From positions 896,001 through 960,000 of the forward strand of contig CAVSGM010000011.1 of assembly GCA_963727485.1 (NCBI GenBank): a stretch of DNA of 64,000 nt, written 5' to 3'. A program made the position numbers and the translations under genes. Below are positions 11,078-23,505 of this stretch, in pieces (within the stretch, counting starts at the first letter, position 1; each line of letters begins with the position of its first letter). The notes below the pieces were generated by a model that had not been told where the DNA came from, made no database searches, and saw only the letters and a program-made list of their open reading frames with translations. The DNA is from an uncultured delta proteobacterium (GTDB lineage: Bacteria; Myxococcota; Myxococcia; SLRQ01).

Positions 11078-11171
11078 GCCCCGCCAGGGTCCGCGGGTTG
11101 CGCCGGTGGGGAGCCGCGCCTAGGCCTGCAGGCGAGCGGGTGGCACGTCCACCCATGCCGGGGGGGCAGAC

Positions 11172-11849
11172 ATGGCGCGTGCGACGCGGCTGGTGATCCT
11201 TCTCGCCGGGGCGTTCCTCGCCTCCGGCTGCGCGACCTTCGGGACCATGCAGACGGCGAGCACCGTCGGCCGGGGGCACACCCGGGTGGCCCTCGAGCCG
11301 TCGATGTGGGGCGCGGCCACGCCCGACGGGACCGCCCTGGTCCCGGTCGTCACCCTCTCCGCCGAGCACGGCTTGAGCGACCAGGTGGACATCGGCGGCC
11401 GGGTGGGGACCTCGGGCTTCGAGCTCTGGGGGAAGCTCCAGCTGACCCCGCCGCTCTCCCCGGTGATCCTGTCCCTGGCCCCGAGCGCCGGGGGCTTCGC
11501 CCTGGTCGGCAGCGGGGGCGGCGGCGGGATCCTCTTCTTCCAGCTCCCGGTGCTCGTGGGGATCCGCGTCGGGGGCAGCGAGCTGGTCCTCGGCCCCAAG
11601 ATCCATGACTGGATGCTGATCGGCAGCAGCGGCGGCACCAACGGGAGCGGGAACCTCGTCAGCGTCGGCGGCACCCTGGGCTTCGCCCTGCGCCTGGGCC
11701 CGGGCTTCCGGATCATGCCCGAGATCGCCGTCCTCCGGCCGGTGGTGGCGTCGGTGACCGCCGGGACCGGGGACAACACCCTCACCCAGGTCTTCTCCAG
11801 CCAGGCCTACCTGCTCCAGTTCTCGGTCTCCCTGATGTTCGGGGGGTAG
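11172..11849 (+). CDS. Hypothetical lipoprotein, beta-strand-rich (possible small barrel)
   Basis: LASGC lipobox; alternating hydrophobic strands; ends LQFSVSLMFGG. Confidence 0.65.
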   Translation: MARATRLVILLAGAFLASGCATFGTMQTASTVGRGHTRVALEPSMWGAATPDGTALVPVVTLSAEHGLSDQVDIGGRVGTSGFELWGKLQLTPPLSPVILSLAPSAGGFALVGSGGGGGILFFQLPVLVGIRVGGSELVLGPKIHDWMLIGSSGGTNGSGNLVSVGGTLGFALRLGPGFRIMPEIAVLRPVVASVTAGTGDNTLTQVFSSQAYLLQFSVSLMFGG

Positions 11850-11916
11850 GGCGGCCCCGGTGGGGGCCTGCCGGCAGGGCCTCCGGAAGCGCTCGTAAGC
11901 ACAGGGAAATCCCGGT

Positions 11917-11969
11917 TTGACATCGGGCCGTGCGGTTCTAGCTTCCAATAAGAACCGCTTTGGTACTAT
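11917..11969 (+). promoter_or_regulatory. Sigma70-like promoter and Rrf2/IscR-type operator of the suf operon
   Basis: TTGACA 11917-11922, TAGCTT 11939-11944, then AT-rich imperfect palindrome ATAAGAACC-GCTTT-GGTACTAT 11948-11969. Confidence 0.6.
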
Positions 11970-11981
11970 ATCGGCCTCACG

Positions 11982-12446
11982 ATGCTCCGGGTGACCAAGC
12001 TCTGCGACTACGCCATCGTCCTCCTCACCCACCTCGCGCACGCGGGTGAGGACGGCTCCGTCGCCGCCCGGGACCTGGCCGTCCGCTCCGAGGTGCCCCT
12101 GCCCACGGTCAGCAAGATCCTCAAGCAGCTCGGCCGGGAGGGGCTGGTGGTCAGCCAGCGTGGGGCGAAGGGCGGCTACCGCCTGGCGCGGACGGCGACG
12201 GCGATCTCGGTGGCGGACATCATCGCCGCCGTCGAGGGCCCCATCGCCATGACCGACTGCAGCCTCGAGGGCGGCGGCCTCTGCGACGTCGAGGACAACT
12301 GCCGGGTCCGGGCCAACTGGCGGCTCATCAGCTCGGTGGTCGAGGACGCCCTCTCACGCATCTCCCTGGCCGACATGGCCGGGCCCCTGCCGCCCCACCT
12401 GGTGCGCCTCGGCAAGGCGCCCCGGCAGGCGGCCTCCGGAACCTGA
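11982..12446 (+). CDS. Rrf2-family SUF system regulator
   Basis: [31 protein letters not shown], three C-terminal Cys; first gene of the suf operon. Confidence 0.92.
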   Translation: MLRVTKLCDYAIVLLTHLAHAGEDGSVAARDLAVRSEVPLPTVSKILKQLGREGLVVSQRGAKGGYRLARTATAISVADIIAAVEGPIAMTDCSLEGGGLCDVEDNCRVRANWRLISSVVEDALSRISLADMAGPLPPHLVRLGKAPRQAASGT

Positions 12447-12457
12447 AGGACACGCAC

Positions 12458-13903
<1,446 letters not shown>

Positions 13904-13920
13904 CGCACACAGGAGACACC

Positions 13921-14672
<752 letters not shown>

Positions 14673-14676
<4 letters not shown>

Positions 14677-15993
14677 CGGCGCTGGCGAAGGCCGGTCGTC
14701 CCGGCCTCTTCGAGGCGAGCCTGGAGTGGCTCGACGCCCAGGCCCCGCTCCCCGGTGCGCCCTGGCTCCTGCGGCTGCGGCAGCAGGCCGAGGCCCGGTG
14801 GCGAGACGCCGGGCTCCCGGGGCCCAAGGACGAGGCCTTCCGGTTCACGCCGCTTCGCGAGGTGGCCGCGGTGCCCTTCGCGCCGGCGACGGGGGCCGGC
14901 GATCCCGCGGCGGTGCTGGCGGCGCTCCCGGAGACGGGCGACCTGGTGGTCCCGGTGGTCGACGGGGTGCCGCGGCTGCCCGACGAGGCCCTCGACGGCG
15001 TCACCGTGCGCGGCCTCGCCGAGGTCCTCGCCAGCGCGCCCCACGAGGTCGAGGGCCACCTGGGCCACGTCACCCGCCCGGCGCCGTTCACCGACCTGAA
15101 CACCGCGCGGTTCGCCTCCGGGGTGGTGGTCACCGTGGCTCGGGGCGCCGCGCCCTCGCGGACCGTGCACCTGGTCCACGTGGCCACCGGCGGCGACACG
15201 CCGTCCGCGTCCCACCCCCGGGTGCTGGTCGTCGCCGAGGCCGGGAGCCGCCTGCGCCTGGTGGAGAGCTTCCACGGGCCCGACGGCGCCGCCTACGCTG
15301 GTGAACCCCGTCACCGAGGTCCACGTGGGCGAAGGCGCGGCGGTCGACCACCTGCGCCTCGAGGTCGAGGGCGACGGCGCCTTCCACCTCGGGACCTGCG
15401 CCGCCCGCTGCGAGACCGGCGGCCGCTACCACTCCCGGGTCTTCGCCTTCGGGGGGAAGCTGGCGCGCCTCGACCTCGACGTGGCCCTCGCCGGCGTGGG
15501 CGCCGAGGCCTCCCTCGACGGCCTCTACCTCTCCGGGGGCACCCAGCTCCTCGACCACCACACCTTCGTCGACCACGTGTCGCCCGGGGCCACCAGCCGC
15601 GAGGTCTACAAGGGCATCCTCGACGGGAAGAGCACCGCGGTCTTCGACGGCACCATCGTGGTCCGTCCCGACGCCCAGAAGACCAGCGGCGCCCAGGAGA
15701 ACCGCAACCTCCTGCTCTCCCGCGAGGCCCAGGTGCACACCAAGCCCCACCTCGCCATCGACGCCGACGACGTGAAGTGCAGCCACGGCGCCACCGTGGG
15801 CCAGCTCGACGAGGGCCCCCTCTTCTACCTGCGCAGCCGGGGCCTCGACGAGGCCACCGCCCGGGGCATCCTCATCTTCGGCTTCGCCCGCGAGGTGGTC
15901 GACGGGGTGCCGGACGAGGCCTGGCGCCGGCACCTCGGCGAGGCCCTCATCGCCCGCCTCCCCGACGGGGCGCGGCTCCGGGAGCTCCTATGA
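14673..15993 (+). CDS. sufD: Fe-S assembly protein SufD (frameshift ~15297)
   Basis: EAFRFT, YKGILDG, AQKT..QENRNLLLS, KPHLAIDADDVKCSHGATVG. The two frames join at TAC(G)CTGGTG. Confidence 0.93.
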
Positions 15994-17237
15994 CCCTCGC
16001 CACCGTGAAGCCCCCCACGGCCTTCGACGTCGAGGCCATCCGCGCCCAGTTCCCGGCCCTGCACCAGCAGGTCCACGGCCGGCCGCTGGTCTACCTCGAC
16101 AACGCGGCGACCACCCTCAAGCCCCAGGCGGTCATCGACGCGGTGGTGCACGCCTACGCGGTGGACTGCGCCAACATCCACCGGGGGGTGCACCTCTTGT
16201 CCCAGCGGGCGACCGAGGCCTACGAGGGCGCCCGGGAGAAGGTCCGCCGCTTCCTCGGCGCCGCCTCCACCCGGGAGATCGTCTTCGTCCGCGGCGCCAC
16301 CGAGGCCATCAACCTGGTGGCCGCGACCTTCGGGCGCCAGCGCGTCGGCGCCGGCGACGAGGTGCTCGTCACCGGCCTCGAGCACCACTCGAACATCGTC
16401 CCCTGGCAGATGCTCTGTGAGTCCGTGGGCGCGAAGCTGGTGGTCTCGCCCCTCGACGACCGGGGCGACGTGTCCCTCGACGACCTGGTCTCGCGGATCG
16501 GTGAGCGCACCAAGCTGGTGGCGGTGGCCCACGTCTCCAACGCCCTGGGGACGGTGCTCCCGGTGAAGGCCATCGTCGACGCCGCCCACGCCCGCGGGGT
16601 GCCGGTGCTCGTCGACGGCGCCCAGGCGGCGCCCCACCTGGCGGTGGACGTGGCCGAGCTCGGCTGCGACTTCTACGCGCTGTCGGGGCACAAGATGTAC
16701 GGGCCCACGGGCATCGGGGTGCTCTACGGCCAGGAGGCGCACCTCGAGGCCATGCCGCCGTACCAGGGCGGCGGCGACATGATCCAGTCGGTCACCTTCG
16801 AGAAGACCACCTTCAACGAGCTTCCCTACAAATTTGAAGCGGGGACCCCGCACATCGCCGGGGGCATCGGGCTCGGGGCCGCGGTGGACTGGCTCGAGGA
16901 CGTCGGCCTCGACCGCGTCGCCGCCCACGAGCACGACCTCCTCGAGCACGGCACCCGGGTGCTCTCGGAGATCCCGGGGCTGAAGATCGTGGGCACCAGC
17001 CCCGGGAAGGCCGCGGTGCTCTCCTTCGTCCTCGAGGGCGTCCACCCCCACGACGTGGGGACCATCGTCGACGCCGAGGGCGTCGCCATCCGCACCGGGC
17101 ACCACTGCGCCCAGCCGGTGATGGAGCGCTTCGGCATCCCCGCCACCAGCCGCGCGTCGCTGGGGGTCTACGACACCCAGGCCGACCTCGACGCCCTGGG
17201 AGCCGCGCTCCACAAGGTCCTGGAGGTGTTCGGCTGA
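15990..17237 (+). CDS. sufS: Cysteine desulfurase SufS
   Basis: YLDNAATTLKP, HHSNIVPWQ, SGHKMYGPTG, RTGHHCAQP; ATGA overlap. Confidence 0.97.
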   Translation: MTLATVKPPTAFDVEAIRAQFPALHQQVHGRPLVYLDNAATTLKPQAVIDAVVHAYAVDCANIHRGVHLLSQRATEAYEGAREKVRRFLGAASTREIVFVRGATEAINLVAATFGRQRVGAGDEVLVTGLEHHSNIVPWQMLCESVGAKLVVSPLDDRGDVSLDDLVSRIGERTKLVAVAHVSNALGTVLPVKAIVDAAHARGVPVLVDGAQAAPHLAVDVAELGCDFYALSGHKMYGPTGIGVLYGQEAHLEAMPPYQGGGDMIQSVTFEKTTFNELPYKFEAGTPHIAGGIGLGAAVDWLEDVGLDRVAAHEHDLLEHGTRVLSEIPGLKIVGTSPGKAAVLSFVLEGVHPHDVGTIVDAEGVAIRTGHHCAQPVMERFGIPATSRASLGVYDTQADLDALGAALHKVLEVFG

Positions 17238-17689
17238 TGAGCGAGATGCGCGACCTGTACCAGGAGTTCATCCTGGACCACTACAAGCACCCCCGGAACT
17301 TCCGGTTCCCGGATCCGTCGACCCACGTGGGCGAGGGCTACAACGCCCTGTGCGGCGACCGCCTCACCCTCAAGCTGCGGGTGGGCGAGGGCGGGCGCAT
17401 CGAGGACATCGGCTTCCAGGGCTCCGGCTGCGCCATCTCCACCGCCTCGGCCTCGACCCTCACCGAGGTGCTCATGGGCAAGACGGTGGACGAGGCCCAC
17501 GACCTCTTCCAGGCGTTCCACCAGGTGGTCACCGGGGAGAACGCCCTGCCCGACCCCGACGCCCTGGGGAAGCTCGCGGTCTTCGCCGGGGTGAGCGCGT
17601 ACCCGATGCGGGTGAAGTGCGCGACGCTCGCCTGGCACACCCTGGAGCAGGCTCTCGAGGGCGGCGAGCAGCCGGCGAGCACCGAGTAG
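17237..17689 (+). CDS. sufU: SufU/NifU-like protein
   Basis: LYQEFILDHYKHPRN, NALCGD, GCAISTAS, RVKCATLAWH. Confidence 0.95.
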   Translation: MSEMRDLYQEFILDHYKHPRNFRFPDPSTHVGEGYNALCGDRLTLKLRVGEGGRIEDIGFQGSGCAISTASASTLTEVLMGKTVDEAHDLFQAFHQVVTGENALPDPDALGKLAVFAGVSAYPMRVKCATLAWHTLEQALEGGEQPASTE

Positions 17690-17698
17690 AGGAGCACC

Positions 17699-18322
17699 AT
17701 GAGCCACGACAGCACCCTGCCCGAGAGCGAGCGGCCGGACCAGACGGACGCGACCACCGAGGGGCGCGAGCCCGAGGCCAAGGCGACCCCCGCGGCCAGC
17801 GCGGCGCCGCCCCCCGAGGCGCCCCAGGTGTCGCCGCCGCCGCCGGACCCCTGGGCCGAGGCCCAGAACTACTTCGAGGCGCCCTCCGCCTGGGGCGGCG
17901 GGATGCCCGGTGGCGGGATGCCCGCGATGCCCCCGGAGGACCAGGAGGGCATGCCCGAGCTGCCCTACGAGCCCGACGAGGCCGACGGCGACCTGCAGAT
18001 CGGCTGGCATGGCGGCACGCCCGAGATGCGCAACGACGTCCGCGAGACCCTGCGCACCATCTACGACCCCGAGATCCCGGTGAACATCTACGACCTCGGG
18101 CTCATCTACCGGGTCGCCCTCGACGAGAGCGGCGGCTGCCAGGTGGAGATGACCCTCACCGCCCCGGGCTGCCCGGTCGCCGGCCCCCTGGTGGAGGAGG
18201 TCGAGCAGAAGGTGCAGATGATCCCCGCGGTCACCGTGGGCCGGGCGGTGCTGGTCTTCGACCCGCCCTGGACCATGGACAAGATGGCCGAGGCGGCGCG
18301 GCTCCAGCTGGGGATGTTCTAG
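17699..18322 (+). CDS. sufT: SufT/DUF59 Fe-S maturation protein with long acidic/Pro-rich N-terminus
   Basis: YDPEIPVNIYDLGLIY, MTLTAPGCP, VFDPPW..M.EAARLQLG. Confidence 0.9.
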   Translation: MSHDSTLPESERPDQTDATTEGREPEAKATPAASAAPPPEAPQVSPPPPDPWAEAQNYFEAPSAWGGGMPGGGMPAMPPEDQEGMPELPYEPDEADGDLQIGWHGGTPEMRNDVRETLRTIYDPEIPVNIYDLGLIYRVALDESGGCQVEMTLTAPGCPVAGPLVEEVEQKVQMIPAVTVGRAVLVFDPPWTMDKMAEAARLQLGMF

Positions 18323-19834
18323 CTAGGGCGCGGCCGGGTGGACGGCCATCCACTCGAGGAGCTTCTTGCAGCGGTGGCCGATGTCGGGCCCGCTGCCGTC
18401 GTCCTTCAGGCCCGTGCCCCCGCAGGCGTCGAGGACGGAGCGCCCGTCGCCGGTGTGCCACGCGGCGACGAAGCCGAACCAGGCGTCTACGTTCGGCGCG
18501 GCCTCGGTGTGGACGGCCACGACGGTGGTGTCGCGGCGGTGGCCGGCGATGGGCATGCGGATGTGCCCGACCTCCGCCGACCCGTGGTAGCGGCGGGCCA
18601 TCCGCTCGACGTAGGCGTGCACCATGGGGTCCAGGGCCTGCTCGCCGGAGACGGTCGCCACCGAGGCGGTGATCGGGCCGCAGTCGAGGTCGTAGCCCAC
18701 GGCGCCGGCGGCCGCGGGGTGGCGGTGGCACCCGTCGAGGAGGTGGGCCGGGGGCGCCTCGGCGGTGGGCTGGCCGGTGGGCCCCGCGCCGGGCGTGGCG
18801 AGGGACATCACCTTGGCGCAGAGGGCGGGGAGCGCCGCGTCGCCCGCCGAGTGGAAGCACTCCACGGTGGTCAAGCCGTGGAAGAGCCCGCCCACGGCGA
18901 GGTCGAGGGCCACGTGCTGCCCCTGGGTGTCGAAGCGCACCCGGCCGCAGACGCCCTGGCCGCGGCCCACGGTGCAGGTCGACACCTCGAGGGTGGCGCC
19001 GGTGGCGTGCTGCTTGCGCGCCTGCTTCACGACCGAGCGTCCGAGCGCGTCCATGACCGCCTTCAGGCCCCTCGGCGTCGGCGGCCCGGCGAGGGGCTCG
19101 ATCCGGGTGAGGACCAGGTCGGCCTCGGGGCAGCGCAGGTGGAGGTGGCGGGTGTCCGACCGGAGGCGCGCGCAGCCCTCGGGCGTCGGCAGGGCCGCCT
19201 CGGAGATCCAGGGGCGGGCGTCGGGGAGGGCGTTCGCGGGCGCCCGGGGGAGGCCCGCCGGGAGCTTGGGGTGCGTCGCCATCCACCCCATGAGCCGGCC
19301 GCAGCGCTTCCCGGCCTCGGCCGACCGGGGCCCGCCGCAGGCGAGGACCAGGACCTGGTGGGGCCCGGTACGCCAGCCGCTCGCCACCCCGAGCCAGGTG
19401 GGCTTGTCGTCGTGGTGCCTCGGCTCGCGGAAGAGGGCCATCATGGTCGCGGGGCGTGGGGTGCCGCCGATGGGCAGCGGCTTGTGCATGGGCGCGGTCT
19501 CGAGGTCGCCGGAGAGCAGGCCGGTGAGGCCCGAGACCTGGACCGCCACCCGGTCCTCGGGCGCCGCGTCGGTGGTCTCCCGGCGGGCGAAGGCGAGGTC
19601 CTTGCCGCAGACGAGGCCGTAGGTGTCCCGGGCCACGTTGGCGAAGAGCACCTGGCAGCCGTCGAGGACGCCGGCGGGGGCGCGCGTCGGGGTGGCGCCC
19701 TGTGCCTTGGCCGCGGCCGGCGACGCCTGGGCCCGGGGTGACGTGGCCGGGCGCTCGGGGTGACTGGCGCAGGCGCCCGTCGCCAGGAGCATCGCGACCA
19801 CCGCGACCACCGCGACCCTGCGTGGCCGGGTCAC
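18323..19834 (-). CDS. Cys-patterned repeat lipoprotein 1 (domains A-B-A), unknown function
   Basis: GTG start, LATGAC lipobox; internal repeats LDGC..C..C..RC..L..WMA.HP. Confidence 0.75.
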   Translation of the reverse strand: MTRPRRVAVVAVVAMLLATGACASHPERPATSPRAQASPAAAKAQGATPTRAPAGVLDGCQVLFANVARDTYGLVCGKDLAFARRETTDAAPEDRVAVQVSGLTGLLSGDLETAPMHKPLPIGGTPRPATMMALFREPRHHDDKPTWLGVASGWRTGPHQVLVLACGGPRSAEAGKRCGRLMGWMATHPKLPAGLPRAPANALPDARPWISEAALPTPEGCARLRSDTRHLHLRCPEADLVLTRIEPLAGPPTPRGLKAVMDALGRSVVKQARKQHATGATLEVSTCTVGRGQGVCGRVRFDTQGQHVALDLAVGGLFHGLTTVECFHSAGDAALPALCAKVMSLATPGAGPTGQPTAEAPPAHLLDGCHRHPAAAGAVGYDLDCGPITASVATVSGEQALDPMVHAYVERMARRYHGSAEVGHIRMPIAGHRRDTTVVAVHTEAAPNVDAWFGFVAAWHTGDGRSVLDACGGTGLKDDGSGPDIGHRCKKLLEWMAVHPAAP

Positions 19835-20838
19835 TTCCCGGCGCTCGGACGCTGGAGGAACTGGGCGCAGGCGGGGGTCACGGCGTCTCCGTCTCCCGGG
19901 AAGATGCACTCCACCAGGGCGAGGCCGCCGAAGAGCCGGCCGATCCCCAGGACCGTCTGGCCGCTGTCCTTGCCCGCGGAGACGGCGATCCGGTCGCAGC
20001 GGCCGTCGTCGGCGCCGACGTGGCAGGGCACCTGGGTCCGCGCCGCCTGGGGCGAGACGGTCCGCCGCATGGCCCCGAGGGTCTTGGCGGCGATGGCCTG
20101 CTGCATGGCCTGGGCGTGGGTCCGGGCCGGGGCGCCGGTGCTCGCCGAGATCCGCCAGAGGATGATCTGGGTGTCGCCACAGTGCAGGGTCACGCCCTTG
20201 GACCCGTGGTGCTCGGCCTGGCAGCCGGCCGGCGGGTGGAGGGCGCCCGCGGGAGGCCAGGGGGGCCCCGGGTCGGCGGCGGCCCGGGCGGAGGGCGTCG
20301 CCGGCTTCCGCGGCAGGTCCTGGGGCGCCGTGGGGTGGGCGGCGATCCAGTCCATGAGCGCCGCGCAGCGGTCCTGCTTCCCGGGCAGCTGGTCCCGGCA
20401 GGCGACCAGGCGCATCTGCCCGTCGTCCCGGTTCCAGGCGACCATCCGCCCGCGGAACGCCGGGGTCCCCGGGTGGCGCTGGTCCATCACCGAGAACTCG
20501 GTCACCTGCCGGACGGTCCCCGCCAGCGTCGCCGGCACCTTCCGGGTGACGAAGCGGAAGGGCGGGTCCACCCGCTTGCCCATGTCGTGCAGGGTGGCGT
20601 CGACGAAGGCCTCCGGGGTCTTCTTCTCCTTGAACGCAGTGACCATGGCGCTCACCGGGCCGCAGTCGACCTCGAAGCCATCCTTGGTCTCCCGGGCCAC
20701 GGCGCAGCCGTCGAAGAGGTGCGGCGGCCGGGCGGCGGCGGTGGGCGCGGCCTTGGGCGTGGGGCGGGTGGCGTGGCCGGCGCAGCCGGCGGCGAGCAGG
20801 CAGAGGCCGGCGGCCCCCGCGAGACGGAGTCGGGTCAT
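19831..20838 (-). CDS. Cys-patterned repeat lipoprotein 2 (A-B)
   Basis: LAAGC lipobox; LFDGC...WIAAHP then WPPA..GC..VEC..PAC; GGAGG RBS; GTGA overlap with the next gene. Confidence 0.8.
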   Translation of the reverse strand: MTRLRLAGAAGLCLLAAGCAGHATRPTPKAAPTAAARPPHLFDGCAVARETKDGFEVDCGPVSAMVTAFKEKKTPEAFVDATLHDMGKRVDPPFRFVTRKVPATLAGTVRQVTEFSVMDQRHPGTPAFRGRMVAWNRDDGQMRLVACRDQLPGKQDRCAALMDWIAAHPTAPQDLPRKPATPSARAAADPGPPWPPAGALHPPAGCQAEHHGSKGVTLHCGDTQIILWRISASTGAPARTHAQAMQQAIAAKTLGAMRRTVSPQAARTQVPCHVGADDGRCDRIAVSAGKDSGQTVLGIGRLFGGLALVECIFPGDGDAVTPACAQFLQRPSAGK

Positions 20839-20901
20839 CGGGGTCCTCCCTGGACGGCGATTCGACCAGGGTACCGCGAAGCCGGGGTCAGGGGTGGGCG
20901 G

Positions 20902-23344
20902 TCATCGCTTGGTGCGGTGGGGCTTCGGCGGCGCGGCAATGGGCCCTCCCACGGTCACCAGCCTGGCGCAGAGCCCGCTCGGCTGGCCGCCTGCGCCCGG
21001 CCAGGTGCATGAGAGCTCCAGCGGCTTGCTCCCCTTCGTCGCGTTGGTGAACAGCGTGACCACCGGTCCGTGCTCGCCCTCATGGCGGACCAGGGCACAG
21101 GGACGGCGGTCGCCCTGGAAGGAGCAGGCGTGCCACTCGACTCCGTCGAGGTGCCGGCCTGTCTCCTGGAGTGCGTAGAGCTGGCCGTCGACGACGTTCC
21201 AGAGCGCGTCGGTGTCGCGGCGCGGGTGACGGCGCGCCTCGGCGACCTCCGGCTCCCGGAAGACCGTGGTCACCTGCCGGCGGCAGAACACCTCGAGCTC
21301 GTCGTACTCCATCCGGTGGGCGCAGGCCTTCGGGGCATGGCGCAGGGCCGCGGGGATCCACGAGAGCGCTGGTACCGGCGGCTCGGCGCCGGGGGTCCCG
21401 GGAGGCGCGTCGAGGAACTGGTCGCAGGCCGGTGGATTGGCGCGGCCGGGGAAGTGGTCGATGCACTCGACGAGGGCCGAGGCTCCGAGGAGCCGCCCCG
21501 CGCCGAGGGTGAGGTCCGTGGACTGGTGGCCGTGGGTCAGACGGACGCGCTGGCAGGTGGTGGCCTCGCCACCGATCCGGCAGGGCACCGGGTGTGGCGT
21601 GCCGGCGCTGCCGTGGTGGGACGCGGCCAGCCGGGCGGCCTCGGCGGCGAGGTCCGAGCGACTGGTGGCGGGGGACGCGTCGCCGGCGAGGCGCTGGAGG
21701 ACGGCGGAGGTACCGTGGCAGCCCACGACCACCTGGCCCGGGTCCACCCGGCGGGCCTCACACATCCCGGGCAGGCCGACCAGTCCCTTGGCCGGGGGCC
21801 ACGCCGGGCCGCTGGCCGCGGAGGCGCGGGTGGGGAGCGCCAGGGACCGCTCCCAGTGGCCCGTCGGGGCCTCGGGGTAGCGCGTCTCCAGGGGCCGCGC
21901 GCCAGGGGGCAGCGGCCAGGGCTGGCGCGCCATGGCGTCGAGGAGCTCGAGGCACCGCGGGCGCACGGTCTGCCCCGGCGCGGTGCAGTCGACGGACACC
22001 AGGTGGGCGGGCGAGAGGCGCACGAAGGCGAACGCCTTGGTGCTCGGCACCTGCTCGATCCGCGTGGCGGTGGGGAAGGTGAGCACGGTGATGGTCCTCG
22101 GCTTGCCGGCGAGGACCACCCGGCGGCTGGCCACGGTCGGCCGGTGCTGGGGATGCTCGCGGAGGGCCTGGATCGCCTCCTGCCGCTGGAGGACCGGACC
22201 GATGTCGGCCGCCGTCGCCCGCAGGACGTTGGCCACCATGTGGCCGCAGAGGACGCTGTAGCCCTGGGGCTGCATCTCGTCGATCCGGCAGCCGGCGAAG
22301 GCGCCGGTGGGCCTGCCCTCGGGCTTGCCGAACCGGGGCCCACCGGGCGAGACGGGCGAGAGGGACGAGGCGAGCCCAGGGGAGACGAGGCTCCCGCCGG
22401 TCTGCACCAGGTAGGGGTCGCAGTCCTCCCGGCCGCCGATGCCCACGCCCGGGCTCGCGCAGACGACCAGCGCGGGCTTCCCGAAGACCTCGCCGGTTCC
22501 CAGGAGCAGGGTCATCGTCTGGCCCTGGCCGGCGGCCTGGATGCGCTCGCAGGTGCCGGCCACGCCCGAGACGGTGCAGCGGACCTCGTCGAGGGTCGAG
22601 CTCGGCGAGAGGCTCCGGCGGGCCTTGCGCAGGGCGAGGTGGGCGGCGCGGCGGAGACGCTTGCGGCGCTGGGCCGGATTCGAGCTTCGGGTCGTACCGG
22701 ACGACCTGGACCATCTTCGCGCCGCAGGTGAGGCGGAGCAGCGCCAGGGTGTGGCTTTTCACCTTGCAGCCGTGGAGCCTGGCGAGCGCCCGGGCCGGGG
22801 GCCAGGTGGTGTCCTTGCCGGCGCGCAGGACCTGGGGGGGCGTGTGGGGGTGGGCGGCCATCCAGCGGAGCATCGGGCCGCAGCGCTTCACCGCCCGCCC
22901 CTTGCGCCCGCCGCAGACCAGGTTCACCCCCTGGTGGCCCGGGAGATCGAACATCGCGAAGAGGCTGGTGCTGGGTCTCGGTGGCTGCTCCGCCGTGCGG
23001 GCGTAGGTGAGGACGGTGACCTGCCGAGGGGCCCCGGCGAGGGTCAGCGAGAGGGTGCGGCGCCGCGAGACCTTCACGCTCCGGAGCTTCGTCAGGGCCG
23101 CGAGGCCCAGGGCCAGGCGCCTGGCGGCCGGGAACCGCGTGTCGCCCACGTGGACGATCGCCATGGCGCCGTGGTGGCAGAGCACCGCCCAGCCGTGGCC
23201 ATCCGCCTGGCCGAGGGTGCAGCCGGCGAAGAGCTGCGCCGGGGAGCTGGTGTCCGCGGGCGCCGAGGCGTGGTTCACGGGGGTGGTGGCGCAGCCCGCC
23301 GCCAGCGTGAGGGTGGCGGCGAGCGCCAGGAGACGTCGGGTCAT
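20902..23344 (-). CDS. Cys-patterned repeat lipoprotein 3 (A-B-A-B-B'; frameshift ~22679)
   Basis: MTRRLLALAATLTLAAGC. ORFs 21758-23452 and 20902-22563 join by removing one base at GATTC 22677-22681; about 813 aa. Confidence 0.72.
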
Positions 23345-23505
23345 GGGGTCCTCCAGGCCAGGACCCCGCACGATAGCCCATGGGGCAGCCTGTAGGTGGA
23401 AGTTCCAGGCATGCCCGAGCCCGAGTCCCGCGTGGCGCTTGCGGCCTCGCACGGGACGTCCTAGGCATGCGAGACGTCAGCGGTCGCTGTCATCGAGGAG
23501 GGCAT

